Source: Callorhinchus milii (taxonomy: Eukaryota). From it: a DNA stretch of 64,000 nt. The notes beneath the pieces are model-generated. The model searched no databases. It saw only the letters and a program-made list of their open reading frames with translations, and was not told the origin of the DNA. The stretch lies in contig NW_024704742.1 of NCBI RefSeq assembly GCF_018977255.1, positions 49,354,001 through 49,418,000 on the forward strand, written 5' to 3'. Below, one piece after another: positions 38,663 through 51,190 of this stretch (its first letter is position 1; each line of letters begins with the position of its first letter). The translations under genes were made by a program, and so were the position numbers.

Positions 38663-38828
38663 CTGTGTCTCTGAGTGTGTGTGTGTGTGTGTCATTCTCT
38701 GTGTCTGTGAGTGTGTCTCTCTATATCTGTGAGTGTATGTGTCTCTCTCTATCTGTGAGTGTGTGTGTCTCGCTATATATGTGAGTGTGTGTGTCTCTCT
38801 CTGTGTCTGTGAGTATGTGTGTCTCTCT
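38663..38828. repeat. Compound (GT)n/(CT)n microsatellite
   Basis: Direct reading. Confidence 0.9.
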
Positions 38829-39415
38829 GAGATCAAATAGATCGATGGGCCTTCTTCATCTTGTGACCTTTTGAACTGGGTATTTTTGACAGTGTTGATT
38901 TAACTGGTGTTTATGTACTCGGAAAGCAGGGCTCCTGACTAAGTAATTCTTTATATGGAACTTATTAACTCTAAGGGAAAGAAGAACCTCCTCCCATTAC
39001 ATGCTGATGGCAGATGGCAGGGGTACAGACATGATGAGCCAAATAGCGCCTTTCGTACAATTGTTTGTTTCTATATTCCATGTGAATGACCAGAGCATTG
39101 AACTCATTTAAAAAAGAGCTTGATGCTGTGATGGGAGGATGGTGGGATGGATGAGAAGGATGAGATCAAATAGGTCGATGGGCCTTCTTCATCTTGTGAC
39201 CCTTTGAACTGAGAATACATTACTTGCCGGTGGTCGTTATGCATTCAAGGGATTTTTCAAATACATTGACTATGCTTTACAATGCAGGTGACCAGAAACA
39301 AATTAAACTGAAGCTCTTTAGAGCCAGTTACTTGTAAATACCAATTAATTAGGAAAGTAACCTGGTATGAAAATGGTGAGACTGAGTTTGAGACCATTTG
39401 TTGTATATTTTGCAG

Positions 39416-39655
39416 CCATCACTAAAGCTAGAATTTGGAAGAATAATAATCTACACAACCAGCCTCCGTGTCGTAAGGACCACATTTGACCGCTGTGAAC
39501 TGGTGAGGAAGATTTTCCAGAATCACAGAGTAAAGTTTGAAGAGAAAAATATTGCTCTGGATAGTGACTATGGCAAGGAGCTGGAAGAGCGCTGCAAGAG
39601 AGCAAGTGAATCCCCTTCGTTGCCTGTGGTTTTCATTGATGGTCATTACCTTGGG
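39416..39655 (+). CDS. GRXCR1: GRXCR1 coding exon 2 (glutaredoxin-like domain, 80 codons)
   Basis: Acceptor ttttgcag|CCA. Encodes [48 protein letters not shown]...[13 protein letters not shown]. Donor GGG|gtaagt. Confidence 0.96.
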
Positions 39656-41059
39656 GTAAGTTGAAGAATACTGATGGGCAAACACTGGGTGATGGGCAAA
39701 CGGTACTTTGACATAAAGTTTCTTCATCTGCCCATTTGATCCTTTTTTTTACATTTTAAGACCTTTTTCAAATCCAATGACTTTGCTTTCCACTGTTCCT
39801 CCCTACTGCATCACCATACTTTCATATTTTCTTCTTTAGCTAGACAATTGTATTCCAATCTAATCTCTGGATGTCTCCATAGACGCAAACAGTGCTATAT
39901 GGTTGGTGGACAGAAGGTGCCAGTTTATTGTGGGGGAGGATTAGTTCTTACAGTTTCTTCAACCCAGAGATGGAATTCAATTAACATAGTACATTAGTTA
40001 TTGCAAACTCCAGTGGATTAATCAAGTATTCATGTACGTTTTGACCTGAAATCTGATTAGGTATCATATATACACTGCTACAAGCAGCCTTATGCTGTTC
40101 AGCTGCTAGATGTGAAGTTGTGTTCTGAAGCAGTATCCTTTGTGAAGGGCACTATATAAATGCAAGTTGTTGTTGTAAACAGTAACAGTAAGTAAATGTT
40201 TTTCACTCTTTGTATGGTACTTTATTCCTTCAAAGATTTCTTTAAGAAATTAAACATTTCTAAAGAAATCAATTTTTGGGGGGCCAGCAAAGCTTTCTTA
40301 ATGAGAAGTGAAACAAGGCCATTTTGTAGAGTCTTCTTGTCGTGATGCAGGGTAGGAAGATGCAGAAAGAAATAGTTGTAGAATTAATATAAAAAATTTG
40401 GTCAAGAGTTCTGAAGTTGCATTGATTGAACTTAGATGTTCATTTCAGGCTAATTTGTGAACACTTGAAATATCCCAATTGGGTTATCTGAGTTTAGCAT
40501 GGCATCTTACAAATTACAGCTTATAATAAAGGTGATAAAGACTCACTGATCCTCCAATTGTTCCTCAGTGAATTACATTTTCTTCACCTTGATATGTGTT
40601 GTATTCCTAATAAGATATAACTCGTATCAATGACACCAATGAGAACTTCACTAGCAAAAGTACAACAACTTGCATTTATATAGTGCCCTTCACGCTGAGT
40701 AGCATCCTGGAGCGCTATCGTAGCAATATACAATATTAGTAGAATCTTATAAATATACTTAAGATACATTCATATTTTAATAATATTCCCAAACACTTCT
40801 TGTGATTACCTGTCACATCAGTATCTGATCCTTGGCAGTCAATCTGGTGATAAAGAATAGTTCAGTGGAGGTGTCACTGATACTGCCACTCTTTTTCAGG
40901 ATGCAGTGAGGCATCTAATTTGCAACTGGTGAGAGAGAAGTATACTTTGGTTTTCTCCATTATTTCCCCTGTTACTGTTGTTGCATGAGTTGACATTGGT
41001 GAAGATTATGGTGATGGTTCAGTATCATGCTGTGGATTCAAATGCTGTTGAGTCCCAAG

Positions 41060-41796
41060 AACCATAGAACGATTGTGTTATTAGCGGACAAAAATACAGA
41101 CAGACAGACACACATCAGACATTTTGTCTTTATTAGTATAGATAATTATACAAAATTATATACATAAGGAGAGGGGGAGGGGCTAAAACCCATAGAGGAG
41201 AGGCTAAACCCCAGCCAGCCCTGGGTGAGGCCCCAACTCGAGCCCCAGGCTTCATTCTCCCCGGCTAATCTCTGCTACACCACGGCGCGTAGGAACCTGG
41301 AAATCCCGCGACCTTACCGAGCCAACCGTCATCCGCCATGGCCCAACTCTGACATGGCACTGCCCAGCCCAGGGCCGCCCAGGAGCAGCAGGAAAAGCAG
41401 CCGAATGGCTGCCGTCAATGCCGCTCAAGGCAACTTCCACCTCACCACAGTCATCTTGTTCCCACCGCTTGGCTTCATCTGAGTGCATGCTGCGTATGTA
41501 CGTACATGCATGCATGTATGTGCACAATGCCTCAGCGCCACTAGGAGTCGGAGAGGCCACCAGGTGTAACTGCAGCGCAAAACGCAAAACTGCCGTACAT
41601 ATGTGATAAACGTGTTTAGGTCATGGTTTATCAACGATAGGCGATTCCTCCCCCAAAAAAATATGCCAATGACACTCCCCCATGCAAGACCTTTCCGATG
41701 AGGTATAAATCATGTCTCTACGTCAATCGGTTATTGAGTTCTTGGTGGACAGACAACTACACAGATAGACAGACATTTCGTTTTTATTAGTATAGA
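41060..41796 (-). mobile_element. Helitron-like non-autonomous element(s) in GRXCR1 intron 2
   Basis: Two minus-strand termini a|TCTATACTAATAAA(G/A)AC.AAATGTCTG followed by (TCTG)n, at 41142 and 41796. 3' CTAG/hairpin end not securely found. Confidence 0.55.
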
Positions 41797-43489
41797 TATA
41801 TCATATTTTACTTGTGCCTTTCATTTATTTATTGCATTAAAGTTGCATGCCCAGAAGTTCTTCCATAACTAAAGAGGAAGTTCCATGAATAAGTGTTCTT
41901 TAAAAATCAAACCATTACAAATATTATAATTATCATTAACATTTTATAATGTTTGACATAAATTATTGCTAGGAATAAGAAATTTCACAATTATAAATTG
42001 ACATTAATAATTGCTGGATTATAATTATCACATTGAACGTATCATGAAACACCACAAATTTCACCTGATATTTTTTATTACTCTTTCTGGTTCTGTATTT
42101 TTTGTGGGTTCTAGTTAATCTCCCATGAGGTTACTCATGGCAAAAATGAAAATAAAATCTCCTGGACAATGTTTACAATTGCTTACATATCAGAGGACAG
42201 AAATAGATAAACAGCATAACATAACTATGATATAATTTTATAGGTATGAATAGATGTAAACATAGTAACTGAATTAAGTCATGGTGGTAATGGTGATGCA
42301 AAAGGAAGAAAATTGCTCAAGTATTTCATTAATGCCATGTTAGACTCCATTTTGGTTACATTTGTGCCTACCCAGCGACATGAAGGTACTCTATTAGCAA
42401 TCAAATATCCAAGACATGCCCATAAACTTTATAATTACACGCTGTTCACGAAACAGAGTAATACTCATTGTCTTGTCCCTGTGACTTGCTAATCTTTAGA
42501 GCAAAATGTGGACCAGACATTTCCGGTCCAGATCGGTGGTACTTCATCAAATGGTGGGTCAGCATCAGAGTAAATCAGAGATGTGGGAGATGCACTTATG
42601 ATGTGTAGTCTCAGCATTGATTAAGCATTAATTAGAGACTAGAACAGATTACTACGAAGGATGGTTGAGGCCAGTGGACTCATTTAAAAAGCATCTTGAT
42701 GCTCTGATGGGAAGGTGGGTATAATGGAGGGATGAGTTCAGATGGGCCTTATTCATCCAAACCAATCTTGTGAAATTAAATATGCGCCATTAAAAAAGGA
42801 GAGCACAGGTAAAGTATATAACAGTGCCTAGTGACTGATCACTACATTATTACCTGGGCTGAAGGAAGTTATTGATGAGTTATTAAAAGCATGATAGACA
42901 ATGGTTTATGTTCCTTAGAGGAGAGGAGGTTAAGGGCTGATTTTATTGAGGTGTATAAAATAATGAAAGGAATTGACAGATTAGACAATGGGCATAGCCT
43001 TACATTCAGAACCAAATGTTTTGAAGATGTGGTATGCCCTTTGAAAGAAAAGTGCTAAATAAATGCAAGTTGTGGTGTTGTCGAATGATCTTCCCCAAAA
43101 AGCTGAAGAGGCTGAATCAATATGGATGTTTCAAAGATAGACAGATACTGAGGTAGTAGAGGTATTAATTGATATTATTATTATCATTATACGGCGCTAA
43201 GTATTAGTGGCATGATATTAAGTGGAGAGTAGGTCATTGGTATTAAAATATCTGGTAAGATCTATTAAACTAATGGAAATGCTTCTTTTAAGAGCATTAG
43301 ATGCTTGAAAAGGAGAAATGCTTTGAATCTATTTCAAAATCACATCCTGAAGTGAAGTTCAGAATCGAATCAATGACCCTCAATTAAGAATCACAATACA
43401 ATACATGGGAAAACCACACTGGTTTGATGCCAAACATAATAAATAATATTAATCTCTACATGTATTATAGCGCCTTTGACGTCATAAGG

Positions 43490-43723
43490 ATAATAATAAT
43501 AATCCTTGAATTTGATATAGCGTTTTTCAAGTCTTTGAAGTCTCAAAGTGCTTCACACAATATACTGTAAAGTGAATTGACTGCATTTTTGTGGGTGAAA
43601 CGCGGCAGCCAAATGCGCACAGCAGTATCCCACAAACAGTGGTGGATTGAAGTGACCAAATTATTATTGTTTTTTTTTCTTGAGGGATTATTATCAGGCG
43701 TGTGGAGTGAGGAAACTTGCCCA
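43490..43723 (-). mobile_element. tRNA-SINE short variant lacking the head
   Basis: Antisense to 52395-52634. Confidence 0.85.
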
Positions 43724-44367
43724 GGATCCATCAAAGTACTTCACAGGATATGCTGTAAAGTGCAGTGAGTGTGCATCTTGTGGGTGAATGTGGTAGCCAA
43801 TTTGTGGACAGCAATGTACCACAAAGAGCCGTAAAATAAGGGGGCAAGTCATTTTTTTAGGGTTTTACAGCTGGAGTTTCCATAGATGTGCTTATATTCA
43901 AGGAGTTAAAATACGTTACATCATAATATTATGCACAGAACCACAAAATAGAAATGGTTTATGCTGATTATATTCAGCTGTAAAGCTGTTCTTCTGAGAT
44001 CTTATTATTCCAATTTGATAATCATGACTGTAAGTTCCCAGTTTACAATACAGGGGTTAGCTAGCCTATCACCCTCTGAATGCAGCTTTCATCTGTGTAA
44101 AGCAACTACCTAAAGATTTGAATAAAGCCTAAAAATCCTGGCGAGATAACTGAGGAAATACAGCACAGGAACCAAGTTATGTAATGTATGCTCAGAACAT
44201 TTTTCATGTCTTCTCAATAATTAATGCTATTTTTTTGGCAATTTTTAGTGAATTGGTGTGTACAAGAGAAAAAAAGTTTTATTTTAAAATAAATGTGAAA
44301 TGCTCCTTAACTTCAGGGATTGATTTGAAAATTCTCTTAGTCCTATTGTGCATTTATTTGCTAACAG

Positions 44368-44433
44368 GGTGCAGAGACAATATTGGCAATGAATGAATCA
44401 GGGGAGCTGCAGGATCTCTTAACAAAGATTGAG
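44368..44433 (+). CDS. GRXCR1: GRXCR1 coding exon 3 (22 codons; too short for the ORF track)
   Basis: Acceptor ctaacag|GGT. Encodes GAETILAMNESGELQDLLTKIE. Donor GAG|gtaaat. In frame with exons 2 and 4. Confidence 0.94.
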
Positions 44434-45109
44434 GTAAATATATCTTTAAGACCAAACAAGCATGCCTTAGATTTAGAGAAAGTTCAAATTCATTAAAATT
44501 GATCTGCTGTTCCTTGGCAAAAGATTTAACAGAGTAGCTGATCTAATTAGTTAACTGATGTATTCTGAAGATTACTTAAATGCATCCAGGTTGAATGATT
44601 CCAAAAATCCAACGTAATTTAAATTGATCTTTTAAATTTTGTGGCCTGATTTACCACACTGGAAATATTCTTTTGACCTTTGGAGTACTGAGCCTTTGTC
44701 CTCTTGGATGCAACTTTACAGATTACAATTTTGCAGAAAATGTTAGTTTAGTGAAGAGGGATGGAATGTTGAGAAATCGTGTTTAAGCTTGTCTCAGATT
44801 GAACAGCTGAAAGATTTAATGGAATTAAATCAATGGATTAAATCAAATCAATGTTTTAATCTATGATGTACATGTTCAATGTTGCTCCTTGGTTTTGCTG
44901 CTTGGTGGTAGTGTGTAACCTGAAGTCCTTTGTGACCATAATTTGTACGAAAGCCACACAAAAAAAGGATGTATACCGCAAAGCAAAAACGTAAAAAGAA
45001 TGTTAAATCGCATTTGCAGAACTGTACATGCATCCATGCGAAAATGTATTTCCTGAGCAATTCCCAAAAAACTTACATTTGATATAGGATATTTCATGTC
45101 AACAGGATG

Positions 45110-45750
45110 ATTCAAAGTGCTTCACAGGACATACTGTAGAGTGCAGTGTCTACTTTTGTAGGTGAATGCAGTAGCAAATTTGTTTACAGCAATGCCCACA
45201 AACAGCCATGTTTGTGACTATTTATATCTATTTATATCTCAAGTGACTATTTATATTTCAGAGATTGTTGGCCAGGACCATAGGCAGTGGGTGGCTGGGG
45301 CTTGAGTGGCTCACACCCTTCAATCTATTTACAGTCACCTCTTTAAGAGGAGCTTCAAGAGAGAATCCCTGAGCCGTAAGGAGGACCACAGCCAGTCCGC
45401 TGAGCATCCCCAACCTGCGGCACCCAAAGGTCCCCTCTAACCCCTTTCCTATCTCTTACCAACCCTTTAACTGAGTTGTACTTAGCTCCTCTCCCCCCAA
45501 GAATTTTTCACCCACTGCCTATGGCTAGGATACCGGGAGAAATTAACTTGTCTTTTCAAACAGTACCATGAGATCTTTAACATCTATCTGAACAAACAGA
45601 AGGGATCTCCCATTTAAAATCTCATCCAAAGGACAGCAACTCTGACAATGCCGCACTTCCCCAGCACTGCACTGGAGTGTCAACAACGTATGAGCTCAAA
45701 GACCAAACAGGGACTTAAGGCCACAGCCTTCTGACGCACAGGTGAAAGTT
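45110..45750 (-). mobile_element. Deu-domain SINE interrupted by a MITE
   Basis: gattgttggccaggac | MITE | accgggagaa continues the SINE sequence seen uninterrupted at 48136-48165. Confidence 0.8.
45279..45523. mobile_element. hAT-type MITE, 245 bp
   Basis: Perfect 15-bp TIR cataggcagtgggtg / cacccactgcctatg. 8-bp flanks gccaggac / gctaggat (6/8) fit a decayed TSD. Confidence 0.85.
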
Positions 45751-47516
45751 TAGCATTTACAGGCTGAGAATTCATGCTTCTAGCACACCAATGAGCTGAC
45801 TGAATGACACACAGTGGAGAAGTGTGGGGTGGGGGTGCAACCAGGAAGTGTGGATAAAGTGGAGGTGTGCATGCAGTGAGGAAGGGCAGAATTCAGTGTG
45901 AACGGTAAATGTATTAACCCAGTTTTCGGACAAGGTGGATACAGCAATGGAACAACAACATAAATATTTTGCCTCCATCCTGGTTGCAGATTTTTCATTA
46001 GAAATATGTAATCTGTAGATTGCATTCCCTAAGAGATGCTGCAAACTGTAAAACAGTATTTAAAGGATTAATGTAAATACCACACAGATATACTGAGATA
46101 TGAGTGACTGCTCATTTAATGAGATAAGAAATAAGAGCTAATTATTTCACTAAGCTGTTAGGAGATGAGTGGCAATGAAAGTTTTAATTTGTGCATGGGC
46201 ATAGAAAAAGTGGAAATGTTTGTTTTCCATCCTTGTTACTGTAAATTATTTTGTCCCAGAAAATGACGTGCTTTAATGCCTTGATATTGAAAAGTAGGTA
46301 AAAGGTGGTTTTGATTGAGCACTTGTTGGTGTGTTGACGTCCTGTAGCAAAAGTTTGGTACAATTGTAGATTTATGGTACGATTATGGATTTGTGGAATT
46401 CCCTGCCTCAATCCTTCCACGTCACCCACTCATTCTCTTTAATGCCAACTGAAGACCTACCTGTGAAGACTGTCCATATAGTCACTTTGCCTCCCTCTTC
46501 TCTCTTGCTTGGCATCCAACTATCCAGAATTCCGAGATGCTATCCTGTGTGAAAGGTGCTTTATAAATGCAAGTTGTTGAGGTAATTTTTTCTTTTGGGG
46601 GGTGAGGGTCTGTCCGTTGGTAAAATTGTGGATTTGTGGTTTTAATCTTGGACCATTAGGGAATGAATATGCATTCTTCCATTGTGGGTGGGGAGGATGA
46701 GGATAGTTAGGCACTCTGGCCAGAGAGAGCAGCAGGCAAAGTGGTCTTAAGCAAACCAACTACAGTGGGGAGGTGTTCTGGTTATACAGTGAATGGAGTA
46801 GTGAAACACACCTTTTTTTGGTCAACTGGGTGTCTGACTTGTGTGGAAACCCATCAACAACAAATTGCATTTATGTAGCACCGTTTACAATTGGACACTG
46901 GACAGTCAAGGGTTTGCACCTGAGCTGGAGGTTGGTTTCGGGAGGTGTGGGGAAAGATGACCAAACCTGTAGTCATGCTTCATCATGTTGAAGAGGATCC
47001 AAACCAGACTGAGAGTTCTAACTAATAATCTATTTATAACCAATACATAGTCCATATGCCATCACATGTGGCTCACTCCCTTCTATAATGTATTGCATAT
47101 TCTGTACTCTATTTATCTTACTGTGCATACTGTGAACAATTATTTTAAAAAAATTCTGGTACAAATGAACAACCATGTATTTGTACAGGACTGCATAGAA
47201 TAGAAGCCATTCTATTTGGAGATTGTATTGTGAGACATCTTTTTATTTGTTAACCTTGATTGTACAGGATAATGGCCTTATCATTCCTCCTCTTTTACTA
47301 CGTGAAGTATGTTCCACCATGTGAACAATCTTTAGCTACTACCTACATCGGCACTTTCCTGGATTTGATTGAGGTAGTGTTATTTCAAGAGGGAACTCGG
47401 TAGATAACTTAAAAAAGGAGTAAGTTGCATGGGTATCAGGAAGGCCAGGTAAATAGGAGTGAATGGATTACTCTTGCAAAGCACCAGTATGGACACTGGT
47501 CTGAGTGAATTTCTAT

Positions 47517-47910
47517 GGAGTCCTGTAGCTTTGTGGTTAGAGCACTCACCCGTAATCGAGAGGACCTGGGTTTGATTCCTGGGCAGGGCGAAACGTTGGG
47601 CAAGTTTCCTTATTCCACATGCCTCCATTTACCTAGCAGTAAGTAGGAACCTGGTTATTAGTCAATTGGTGGATCGTTTTTCTGGGTTAACAATCCCTTC
47701 AAATAAATAAATAACAACAATTTGGTCACTCAATCCATGACAGTTTGTGGGATACTGCTGTGGGCAATTGGCTGCCACATTTGGCCCACAAAATATACAA
47801 TTAATTCACTTTATCTATATATAATATATATCTGTATAATATTGTGAAGCGGTTTGAGACGTTTTGAAGATGTGATAAGCGCTATATCAAATGCAAGGAT
47901 TATTATTATA
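47517..47910 (+). mobile_element. tRNA-derived SINE, full length (GRXCR1 intron 3)
   Basis: ggagtcctgtagct...gggtttgattcctgggcagggcgaaacgttgggcaag...gctatatcaaatgcaagg(ATT)n. Confidence 0.92.
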
Positions 47911-48029
47911 AATTTCTATGGTTATATAGATCTATCACATGATAACCCATGACATTTTAGAAATTAATATAAGGGCTAATATGAACCTTGATCCTTAGGT
48001 CAACATGCCTTTTCTATGTGAGTATAGTT

Positions 48030-48340
48030 GCTGAATAGGATAGTGACTGTATACATTGAAGGCAAACGCACAGCCAATATGCTCAGCAAAGTCCCACAAA
48101 CATCTAAGTTGTGAATAACCAATTTTATCTGAAGGACTGTTGGCCAGGACCCTGAGAGAAACTCCCTTCTCTTTTTTTAGAGAGTGGCATGGGATCTTCA
48201 ATGTCCATTTGGATAGGCAGATGCACCTCAGTTTAATGTCTCATCCAAAGGACGACAAGGAACTCGAAGTCCCTATGCGGGGCTTGAATCCATAAGCTAT
48301 GACTCAGAAGCAAGAGTGCTACCAACTGAGCCAGACTGAC
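48030..48340 (-). mobile_element. Deu-domain SINE
   Basis: Antisense head (tggctcagttggtagcactcttgcttctgagtc) and partial Deu core. Confidence 0.75.
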
Positions 48341-48569
48341 ACCATCTCCCTCCATATTTCTATTATTACAGGCACTGTTTAGCAAATTAATAATCATATT
48401 TATACATCATGCAACCTGAAGGACTTCGTTTTCATGCAACTTAATAATATTTTGGGTATTGGTTTGGACACAGTGGATTATCAAATTGGGGTTCATCTCT
48501 GATATGACTGTAGATTTGTTTGAAAAAAGGGAATTGCTGAACAAGACTTATTTTTGTCTTTCCCTGCAG

Positions 48570-48749
48570 AAAGACCAGCACCCGCAGGAGTGTTTGGCTT
48601 GCGGTGGATTTGCCTTTGTTCCATGCTCAGTGTGCCATGGGAGCAAGATGTCCGGGTTTCGAAACTGCTTCACCGATTCCTTCAAATCTCTCAAATGTAC
48701 CTCATGCAACGAAAATGGATTACAGCATTGCAAACTCTGTGCAATGTAA
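48570..48749 (+). CDS. GRXCR1: GRXCR1 coding exon 4 (cysteine-rich C-terminus, 59 codons + TAA)
   Basis: Acceptor ttccctgcag|AAA. Encodes [59 protein letters not shown] with four CxxC motifs. Confidence 0.96.
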   Translation, partial: KDQHPQECLACGGFAFVPCSVCHGSKMSGFRNCFTDSFKSLKCTSCNENGLQHCKLCAM

Positions 48750-48885
48750 TAATAACAATACTATCCCTTGCATTTGATACAGCGCCTTATCACGTCTTTG
48801 AGATATCTCAAAGCGCTTCACGGAATATATTGTTAAATGAATTGACTGTATATTTTGTGGGTGAAACACGGTAGCAATTGCTCAC
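48747..48885 (-). mobile_element. SINE 3' fragment forming the start of the GRXCR1 3'UTR
   Basis: taataataac...ccttgcatttgatacagcgcc...ctcaaagcgcttcac...tgaattgactgtatattttgtgggtgaaacacgg. Confidence 0.9.
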
Positions 48886-48941
48886 AGTTTCACAGTATCG
48901 ATCTCAAAACCGCATTGTACTGACATTTGTTGTAGCATGTC

Positions 48942-48990
48942 AATAAAAATATTTCTAAGACGTTTGCTTTGCATTCTTAATTTTAATAAA
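48942..48990 (+). terminator. Candidate GRXCR1 polyadenylation signals
   Basis: AATAAA at 48942-48947 and 48985-48990, about 190-240 nt after the stop codon. Usage not shown. Confidence 0.5.
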
Positions 48991-49059
48991 TATTTGAATA
49001 TTATTCATATTCAAATCCTCACATCAAACACCAGTGCGAAAAGGTCCTAGACTTCTTCG

Positions 49060-49780
49060 CCTCAAAGATTGAAAACATCTACTTGGTTGCAATGTCCTCC
49101 CCCACACCCCATGTCCCCTTCCACCCCAGCCAGACCATCCACACTGCCTTCTCCCTCTGCCACGCCTCCTGCAACTCCACCCTCCTTACTCTCCTTTGCC
49201 CCCATTTCTCCCTCTTTCATCTGAACCACAATCACCTGCATGAAGTTCACCACCTGCTGCTGACCCCCTCCCCACCCAGCTGCTGGCCACTCAACTCTCC
49301 CTCCTTCCCTCCTGCTGGCCGACAGGGTCAAACAGTCTCTGTCCTCAGGCTCTGTTCCACTCCCCCTGAAAACCGCTGTTATCGCACTCCTCCTCAAAAA
49401 ACCCATCCTCGATCTCTCTAACCTATCATACAATCATCCCATTTCCAACCTATCCTTCCTTGTCAAAGTCCTGGAATGCATTGTTGCAGGTCAACTTCAG
49501 TCACACCTCTCCCTCCACTACCTCCTTGAGCCCTTGCAGTCTGGTTTTCGACATGCCCACAGAACAGAGATAGCACTTGTCAAAATCACATACAACGTCC
49601 TCTCTATCTATGGCCAGGGTTCCCTCTGCCTTCTTGTCCTCCTGGATCTCTCTGCCACGTTCGACACAGTTGACCACACTATCCTCCTCCATCACCTCTC
49701 CGTCATCCACCTTAGTGAGACCGCACTCACATGGTTCGAGTCCTACTTAACCAACTATCTCCACTTCATTTCGGCAAATG
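49060..49780 (+). mobile_element. L2 LINE internal RT fragment, old
   Basis: QSGFRHAHRTEIALVK...LLDLSATFDTVDHTILL...WFESYL. Confidence 0.9.
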
Positions 49781-50819
49781 AAGCGTTCTGAGACACTACC
49801 CTGCGTGGAGGGTGCTATATAAGTGCGAGTTGTTGTTATTGTTCTGAGATGCTATCCTGCATGTAAGGCCCTATATAATAAATGCAAGTTCTTCCATCCC
49901 CACATTTAATAATAGTAATAATAATAATAATCCTTGCGTTTGATTTAGTGCCTTGTCACCTCTTCGAGAAGTCTCAAAGGGCTTTCCCAGGATATACTGT
50001 AAAGTGAATTGATTGTATATTTTGCGGGCGATTATGTATATTTTGTGCACTATTCTAACATGGTTTCCGTATCCCATCAGGAGGAAGAAAATTCTCACTT
50101 GGGTACAAAATGTACTCACTCTTTGTTTCTACTGGGTACAAACACTGTAAATGTCCAGTGCACAAAAGGGACTTTGGAACCAAAATGCTCATATTCATTT
50201 ATTTCAATACATTTCTGAACATATTAATATAATTCAAATTGTAAACCTTAATGCTTAGGGGTATTTCAGACACTTTTTAACTTCAGAAGGCAATCATATA
50301 CTGACTTTTCCAGGTCACTAACGCTATTGATTTCTGCCTCAAACCATCTATATTTTCGATTAGCAAAATGCAATAATAAATTATTTAATGTAAGTCACTG
50401 TCATTATCAATGTAGCAAGAAATTGACCTTGGCTCAGAGCCAACAGACTTCAGGTTTGACTGGGCTGGAAATCGGATGACTCCAAAGAACTCAGGTGTTT
50501 TACCACATGACATAATTTTACTTCTTTTTTAAAAGAAAATGTTTACAATACAATACAATTTACATTTATATAGTGCCTTTCACGTCAAGAGGATGTATCA
50601 AAATGCCTTTGACATTCCTGGCTAGGTAACCGAGCTGGGGGTCAGAGTCGAGGGAAATTAACATTTCTTCTAAGATGAAGGACTGTATTATTTATCAATA
50701 CACGAAAAAGGATCAGCCGTTATTGTGAAGACTGTGGAATTTTGGTTCAATAAAACATGAGATAGGACCGAATTTGCATTCGTGTTCAAGCAGAATGTGA
50801 TCTCACTCTGTATTGAGTG

Positions 50820-51190
50820 TGGGGAGAGCTGAGGAGGGTAGGGGAGGGGCAAAGGTGACCGAACACACGGTCAAAAAGATATGTCTTAAAGCAAGCTCTA
50901 ACAGCAGAGAGGGAGGGGGCAAAGCAAAGTGACTCTAGGATGGAGTTTCAGAGGTGGGGGGCCGAATGGTTGAAAACTGGCCCAAAGATTGTGGGGTAGT
51001 TCGGACGGGGATATGAAACAGGCTGAGCGAAGGGAGCAGCCAGGATTGTAGATTTGCAGGAGATCGCAAGACCATGGAGAGAACTGAACGAGGATGTAGA
51101 ATTTAATTCACTGAGGGATAGGGAGTGAGTGGAGCGAGAATGGGGATGATGGGCTCACGGCATCTGGTGTGGAAAGGGCACGGGCTGGAT
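50820..51190 (-). mobile_element. L2 LINE 3' fragment, strongly eroded
   Basis: Purine-rich stretch parallel to 9080-9470. Confidence 0.6.

Noticed and set aside
41252..41587. 111-aa ORF as a Helitron helicase fragment
   Set aside because: Only superficial resemblance (VALSG, NAAQG) on different strands. No coherent PIF1 motifs.
29985..48749. Assignment to the paralogue GRXCR2
   Set aside because: The [38 protein letters not shown] and [10 protein letters not shown] motifs match GRXCR1 as I know it.
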